DNA of 64,000 nt. Source: Octopus vulgaris (Eukaryota). Each line of letters starts with the position of its first letter. Within the stretch, counting starts at the first letter, position 1. The DNA lies in assembly GCA_951406725.2 (NCBI GenBank), contig OX597823.1:107322001-107386000 (forward strand), in the 5' to 3' direction. The position numbers and the translations under genes are program-made. Positions 57,557-64,000 of the stretch are shown here, piece by piece. The notes below the pieces were generated by a model that ran no database searches, was not told where the DNA came from, and saw nothing but the letters and a program-made list of their open reading frames with translations.

Positions 57557-57969
57557 GGCGCAGGAGTGGCTGTGTGGTAAGTAGCTTGCATACCAACCAC
57601 ATGGTTCCGGGTTCAGTCCCACTGCGTGGCATCTTGGGCAAGTATCTTCTACTATAGCCTCGGGCCGACCAAAGCCTTGTGAGTCGATTTGGTAGACGGA
57701 AACTGAAAGAAGCCTGTCGTATATATGTATATATATGTATGTGTGTGTATATGTTTGTGTGTTTGTGTTTGTCCTTCTAGCATTGCTTGACAACCGATGC
57801 TGGTGTGTTTACGTCCCCGTCACTTAGCGGTTCGGCAAAAGAAACCGATAGAATAAGTACTGGGCTTACAAAGAATAAGGGTCGATTTGCTCGACTAAAG
57901 GCGGTGCTCCAGCATGGCCGCAGTCAAATGACTGAAACAAGTAAAAGAGTAAAAGAGTAAAAGAGAGTA
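57557..57969 (+). mobile_element. tRNA-derived SINE family C (CORE-like), full length
   Basis: A box TGGCTGTGTGG and B box GGTTCAGTCC, a CORE-like cttgggcaagt segment, an internal (TA)/(TG) tract and a (GTAAAAGA)n tail. Confidence 0.92.
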
Positions 57970-58268
57970 AACCAACTTAAGGTCAGAAATAGAATGTCCC
58001 ATATGATATGCTCATTTCGATCCAGGAAGTCGTTTAGCTTTTATCGACTTAACACGCACGCGCGTGCACACACATACATGCATACATACACACACACAGA
58101 TAGAGATAAAGATGGATAGATAGACAGAAAGAGAGAAATAAACTAATAAACAAACACATTCACGCATGCGCGTGATTATACTTTTATGTAAATATATTTA
58201 TGAGCATATACTGGAATATGAGTGAGTGCGTGTGTGTGTGTATACACGCACATGCACACACTCACTCA

Positions 58269-58317
<49 letters not shown>

Positions 58318-58815
58318 ACAAATAAGAAACATATATTACTCTCTGTGTTTCTCACTCCCTCTTTTTCTCTGCACAAACTCACAAACTTATACATGTTCAC
58401 TCACTCACTCACTTACACACACACACACACACAGAGAGGCTCAACCTCATACACACTCATTCACACATTCTCTCTCAATTTCCCATATTGCTTTAATTGT
58501 TCTAATTACTAGCGAGTTAGTTATTCTAGATATTTTGGTGCCGTTATTAATTTAGCATAAAATTCCGATTAATTTTACAACACATTTAGGATTCTTCACT
58601 GAAGAATTTAACAAGAAACACGTGTTTGTATATCTTTACTGAACATACACATCATGCATGTATAGATTATAAATACATACACGCATATGCATGCATACAT
58701 ATATACATACATATTTACATATACGCATATACATACATGCACACACACACATATGTATGTATATGTGTGTGTGTGTCTATGTATGCACATATGTACACAC
58801 ACACACACACACATA

Positions 58816-58866
<51 letters not shown>

Positions 58867-58872
58867 ATATAC

Positions 58873-58904
<32 letters not shown>

Positions 58905-59270
58905 TGAAATGTGTATACTCATACTCATCAATATACGATCTTAAGTCGGTGTACGAATCCTCAAACTTTATATAGACAGGGATGTTTGAAAATAATGTGT
59001 ACTTATATATATACACGTACATGCGCACATATAAACAATATACACATGGGCTCACACATATATTCGTACACATATGTATACATAGAAGCATACATACATA
59101 CATGCATGCGTACATACATACATACATACATACATACATACATACATACATACATACATACATACATACATACATACATACATACATACATACATACATA
59201 CATACATACATACATACATACATACATACATACATACATCCAGATGCACAAGTACTTCTATTTATTTTAC

Positions 59271-59488
59271 CTTTTCAGTTTGGTAAAATACATGGTCAGG
59301 ATGTCCAATTTGAACTTTGGCTGAGGAAAATTCCGAAGAGATACTTCTCGACGGAGAAATGATTGACGGATTTTCTGTTGCCGGTATCTGCGGTAGGGAT
59401 GATGTAATGAGAGATGGTGGCTGCATTTTGTGGTTCGTAAGTAGGTAGTATGAGCTTTCTAATTTAGAAGAGCAGGGATTATTGTCGA
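59271..59488 (-). CDS. candidate internal coding exon (phase 1 in, phase 0 out) of an unidentified gene, Ser/Pro/Thr-rich
   Basis: Acceptor tgctgtttttttctatcag and donor AAG|gtaaaa bound 218 nt that are open in only one frame: DNNPCSSKLESSYYLLTNHKMQPPSLITSSLPQIPATENPSIISPSRSISSEFSSAKVQIGHPDHVFYQTEK. No partner exon was identified. Confidence 0.45.
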
Positions 59489-60004
59489 CTGATAGAAAAA
59501 AACAGCATGAAGTGCATGTGTGAGCCAGCGGTTATAGTGTTGTTGGTGAAGCATTTGTCATTGTGTCAGACATCTGTGTGTGTAATAACAATATTTTATA
59601 TTTGTGAGCAGTTCGCAATATGTATCGTGGAACTTGATAAAAATGTAGAAATAAGAGTATTGCACACATCTCAATTACACATAATGAATTTTGTTTAAGT
59701 CCACATTGCAAAATCTTATAAAATCACAATGTTCTAAAAGATGTACATGTTTATATGTTACATATGAAAATAAAAGTTTTCGTAATCAGCAATAATTATT
59801 TCGGCAACAATTATTATTATTATTATTATTGATGCAGTTATAAGATCTCTGTGTAAACAGTTCAGAAAATATAAATGTAGGAACCATACATGCCCTTAAT
59901 GAAGGATACTTAACTTGAGTAGAATGTGAATCTAGACTGTATAAGACCGTTACTTAATACTACAGTTCGATCTTTTCATAAACAACAAACAATCATAATA
60001 ATAT

Positions 60005-60440
60005 TTTCTAACATTGACACAACGCAATAAATTCCGTTTTTCTTTTTTTTCCTTTTTTGATGTGGAAAGTAATCGAATAAGTCGTCCAAGTACTTCATTG
60101 GAACTTTATTTTATAGATCCTAAAGACATAAAAGACAAAATTGGTTTTCAGCTCAGAACCGAAACAAACTTGACTTCATAGATATTTTAATGTAGAATGT
60201 TAAGAGTTGGAACAAATCCCGCCAGACATTTTTTTTTTGACGACTAATTAATTAACATAATTATTGTTTTTTAACTTTGGCACAAAGCCAGAAATTTAGT
60301 TGTAGAATTAGTTGACTATATTGACTCCAGTACCTGACTGGAACTTTATTTTATCTGTTCTGTAAGGATGAAAGGCTAAGTTTGTGAGATTTAAAAGCAG
60401 AACATGAAAGCGGGAAGAAGGCATTTTCTGACGACTAATA
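60005..60440 (-). mobile_element. two old SINE family B copies
   Basis: Degenerate tttggcacaaagcca...gactccagtac..actggaactttattttatc...aaggatgaaaggc motifs occur twice. Confidence 0.6.
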
Positions 60441-60583
60441 ATCGTAACATTATTTTACACAGGCATGATATCACAAATTAGGAGAAAAGCAAGATTATTA
60501 TTATCATCATCATCATCATCATCATCATTATTATTATTATTATTATCTTCATCATCATCATCATTATTATCATCATTATTATC

Positions 60584-60619
<36 letters not shown>

Positions 60620-61200
60620 TTCTCTTTATCACAGGTTTTGTTGGAGCTCTTGGAGTCTTGCATGCGTGGAGGGCTTACCTCCTGCAGCTTACAGTACCGT
60701 GCTATTCGTTCTTTTCAGCTATCTAATACTTTCTTGATCATTCTGGCCGTGCCAAGGAGGCAAACCTTTTGTAACAGTTCTACTGGAGACTCTATTCCAA
60801 TTTCCTTTATATTCTCCATGATGCCTTCTGATACTGTTCCCAAAGACCAAACAATAATTGGCACAATCTTCACCTTCTTCATTTTCCATTGCCGGGCAAT
60901 TTAATACTTAAGAGGGTTGTATCTATTGCTCTAACACCTGATCTGTTTGGATTAGGAAATCCAAGAGGATTTCGCTAGTCTCTGACTCTGCGGTTTGTAC
61001 TCATACCACGTCTTGCATCTCTCAAACTCTCACTTTTCGCAGTTCCCAATGTAGCATTTTCGCTACCTGGTCATGTCTCCACGGCTTCTAGTGGGTTTGA
61101 GCAATGGTTTCGGCCACTCTATTGCAGATGCATTCCCACCTGTTTTTCCAGCAACTTCAGTTGTGGATACATGGAATTGATTGTATAGTCCCTTTTTGCG
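60620..61200 (-). mobile_element. Dong/R4 LINE 3' end
   Basis: Translates as RRHDQVAKMLHW...WYEYKP and IARQWKMKKVKIVPIIVWSLGTVS...VELLQKVCLLGTARMIKKVLDS*. The 3' end abuts (TAC)/(TAA) repeats. Confidence 0.88.
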
Positions 61201-61312
61201 TAAGTCTTCTTCATGTCCTTTTTGTACTTCTTCTTTTGTTTCCCCTTCTTTTTTTCTGGTCTATTGTTATTATTATTATCATCATCATCATCATCATCAT
61301 CATCATTATTAA

Positions 61313-61781
61313 TGGGGTAAAATATACGAAGTCCAGTATGTCCAGATCAAAGAGGAAAAGGATCCCATCAACTTTAAACAGAGTCTGGATAGATTCCTTC
61401 AAAGAATACCAGATAAGCCACCCATAATTGGATACAACTCACCCAACAAGAACTCACTACTTGAACAAAACTTGACTTAAACAGGATTCGAATAATCCTA
61501 TCAGGTGGTGCTATTAAGTTAGACATGGCCTGGACCAATCTCTGGTCGAAACATATCTAAGTTTATCTAAGTTATACCCACCATGCCTACCAGTCTCATA
61601 AAGGTACACCTGGCACATGCATCACAACCATATGTGCGCGACATGGTGATCTCATATCAAGTTAACAGTTAGACCTTTCAGCTGGGGCCCAGTTAGAAGT
61701 TTCTTCAGGTGATGTAGACCATCCCGCTCAAAAGGTCCCTGAATAAGGCTTGTTTTAGGATGTTGAACGAAACACCTATGT
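61313..61781 (-). mobile_element. family T element fragment, split by a CR1 insertion
   Basis: 61313-61339 and 61573-61781 are contiguous in the reverse complement of 9460-10012. Confidence 0.85.
61340..61572 (+). mobile_element. CR1/L2-type LINE extreme 3' end
   Basis: Translates as DPINFKQSLDRFLQRIPDKP...NKNSL, followed by a UTR stem-loop and an (ATCTAAGTTT)2-like tail. Confidence 0.65.
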
Positions 61782-61796
61782 GGATTACCTATGTAA

Positions 61797-62126
61797 TCCA
61801 CAGCTCAATGGCGGTTGTGATGACATGGATCTATAGCTCAGTTGTGGTTAATATGAAATAGTTCGGTGTTGAATGTAATGGCTCAGCGCAATGGTGGTTG
61901 CAGTATATCTATCTCAGCAGTTGTTATAAGTTGTTGTACTTAAAAATCTAACAAGTGATTTTAATGACACAGGTCAGTTGTTGAATTTATATAGGTCAGC
62001 TCTGTGTCGGTTGCATTGAAATAGCTCGGTGGTGGTTGAAGTGATGTAACACAATAATAGTTATAACATAGTTCAATGGTTTATTTAACATCTTTTCAAC
62101 ATTAGCTGGAATAGGACAGCTCAGTA
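61797..62126 (+). repeat. degenerate tandem array of about 10 (A/C)TAGCTCAGTGGTGGTTG-like units
   Basis: Motif copies near 61801, 61834, 61858, 61878, 61910, 61969, 61991, 62020, 62068 and 62116. Confidence 0.65.
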
Positions 62127-62760
62127 GTTAGTTAGTTAAGTTAAGTTAAGTTAATTTGGCTCAAAAAGCAAAAAGCATGGCCATGTAGGGGGACATGGAG
62201 TTATGTACAGGGAGGGCGTTCATGCAAAGAGTTCAGGCCATTTCTGGTCAAGAGAGACCTTGAACCGAGCGGTCGTCGGCATCTTCACTATCTCGTCCGG
62301 CAGCTTATTCCACGGATCCGCAACCCGGACGGAGAAAGCCCCTCTCCTTCGATTGAGATGAAATCGTCGCAGATAGAGCTTTTCGGAATGACCCCGCAGC
62401 CGACGCTCTGGAGCAAGAGTGAAGAACAGCTGAGATCACCGCGGCGTCGTCGTTTTTCTAGAAAATAAAGGTCGAGCGTCTTCAGCCATTCTTCATAAGA
62501 CAAATGCTTGAGACCAAGAACCATGCGGGTAGCCAGCTTCTGGACTCTTTCGAGATGATGTATGTCTTTGAGGAGATAAGGAGAAGAGGCTTTAATCCCG
62601 TACTCCAATATGGGTCTCACCAACGTGACATAGAGCGGTAGGAATATGGCTGCTGTGAGCATTCCGAATGACCGTCGAATCAAAAACAGAACTCCGCGTG
62701 CTTTGTTGGCAGCATGGACGCACTGGGCCGAAGGCGAAAAGGAAGAATCCAGCAAGGTAG
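62127..62760 (-). mobile_element. CR1-clade LINE, 5'-truncated
   Basis: Translates as ANKARGVLFLIRRSF...LYVTLVRPILEYG...PYLLKDIHHLERVQKLATRMV.GLKHLSYEEWLKTLDL..LEKRRRRGDL, with a (TTAAC)n 3' tail. Confidence 0.93.
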
Positions 62761-62809
62761 TGTATACGATGAAGCACATCAAGAGTGATCTACTACATTA
62801 AAACTGGAA

Positions 62810-63022
62810 TTGTGTGTGTTTGTATCTGTGTTTGTTCCTCCATCAAAGCTTGACAACCGGTGTTGGTGTATTTATGTCCCCGTAGCATAGCGTTTCAGCA
62901 AAAGAGACCGATACAATGAGTACTAGGCCTAAAAAAGTTCTCGATTTCTTAGACTAATACCTTTCAAGGTGGTGCTCCGACATGGCTGCAGAAAAATTAC
63001 TGAAACCAGTAAAAGAATAAAA
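62810..63022 (+). mobile_element. SINE family C 3' half
   Basis: gcttgacaaccggtgttggtgt...ggtgctcc.acatggctgcag...ctgaaac..gtaaaagaataaaa. Confidence 0.85.
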
Positions 63023-64000
63023 AATGTTACTATCTATTCTAAACTTAACAAATTGTGCTCTCTCATAGTAACATTATATTTTGTTGATATTAGTAATTAC
63101 AAATGAATGCACATTACACATTGCAAGTACACAGAGAACCTATTTCATAGTTTCGCTTTCATTCCCTGACTTCAAATTTTCATTTCCTGACGCCCGCTAA
63201 AATAAGAATTAACCCAGTTGCTTAAAATTATTGTAGCTAGAGCATAATTATTGACAGCACTGATAAATTAAAGTATATGATTATGCAGAAAAGGACACGA
63301 AAACAATATTATTGTAGATTTCAAAATTATTAGATTCTTAACAGCAATAATTTTGCTGTGTGTACCTGTCTTAAAAAATGCTGTGAAAAACGTTTAACGT
63401 TGACTGGGGTGGGGTGGGGGAGCGTCGCAAAGCAGGGAGTATCACAGCAAATGAGAGTGAGTTTTGGGGTTTAACTAACAGGAAATTGAGAAGAACCAGA
63501 AAAGCTACTCTTCTTGAAAATGTATTAAAATTGGTATTTAAAGCTTTTACTATTCATTTAAGACTGGAGAGAAAGTTACATAAAAATATTCATCTCTTAA
63601 TCACTTTACCCCGTTATAATTAGATACGTGGCAGCCATATATTGGGTCCATTGCTAGTTCAAGGATAAAAGGCAAAATTGACCCCTTTAGTATATTGATT
63701 CCATCGTTTACTACTGCAATAATGGCAACAAAAACAACTACTACTACTATGTAGCATATACATATGTGTATTCCTGAGAGAGCACGATGTTCTCTAGTAC
63801 GAACAGTTCAGCTGTCATTAAAAAATGGTCAAGAACTATTTTTGCCACTAATATATACAATCCTCTTTCCGAGTCCATTTACTCACTCTTTTAGTTTTTT
63901 ATTCTCTATCACGAGTTCTTTACTCAAACTTAATTTAATTTTCATATTTTTTCTAACAGAATTATTGACCACAAATTACAGTATTGTGGTATTGTCGCTT

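Noticed and set aside
61797-62126. CRISPR-like repeat/spacer pattern
   Set aside because: The repeats are short, degenerate and irregularly spaced, the context is eukaryotic, and there are no cas genes.

Overview
AT-rich eukaryotic (metazoan) DNA, probably intronic or intergenic. It is dense with microsatellites [(TA)n, (CA)n, (TACA)n, (TAGA)n, (TAA)n, (TAG)n, (GAA)n] and transposable-element remnants. The tRNA-derived SINE repertoire and the Dong/R4, CR1 and Penelope fragments resemble a coleoid cephalopod (Octopus-like) genome; this is an inference, not a database result. No complete protein-coding gene, rRNA, true tRNA or CRISPR array is supported, and nearly all ORFs in the supplied track are microsatellite translations or decayed TEs. 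One credible internal exon lies on the minus strand at 59271-59488. The most notable observations are: (1) a fold-back repeat family at 37.1 kb and 51.3 kb whose arm folds as a type-I hammerhead-ribozyme-like motif (Penelope/retrozyme-like); (2) a 553-bp non-coding element with fixed ends and no tRNA head, flanked by trinucleotide, mostly (TAA)n, tracts and fused twice to Dong/R4 LINEs, a candidate microsatellite-targeted non-autonomous partner; (3) a perfect 124-bp inverted duplication at 21.2-21.6 kb; (4) SINEs that appear to insert into themselves at a fixed position. Family labels A-D and T are my own working names.
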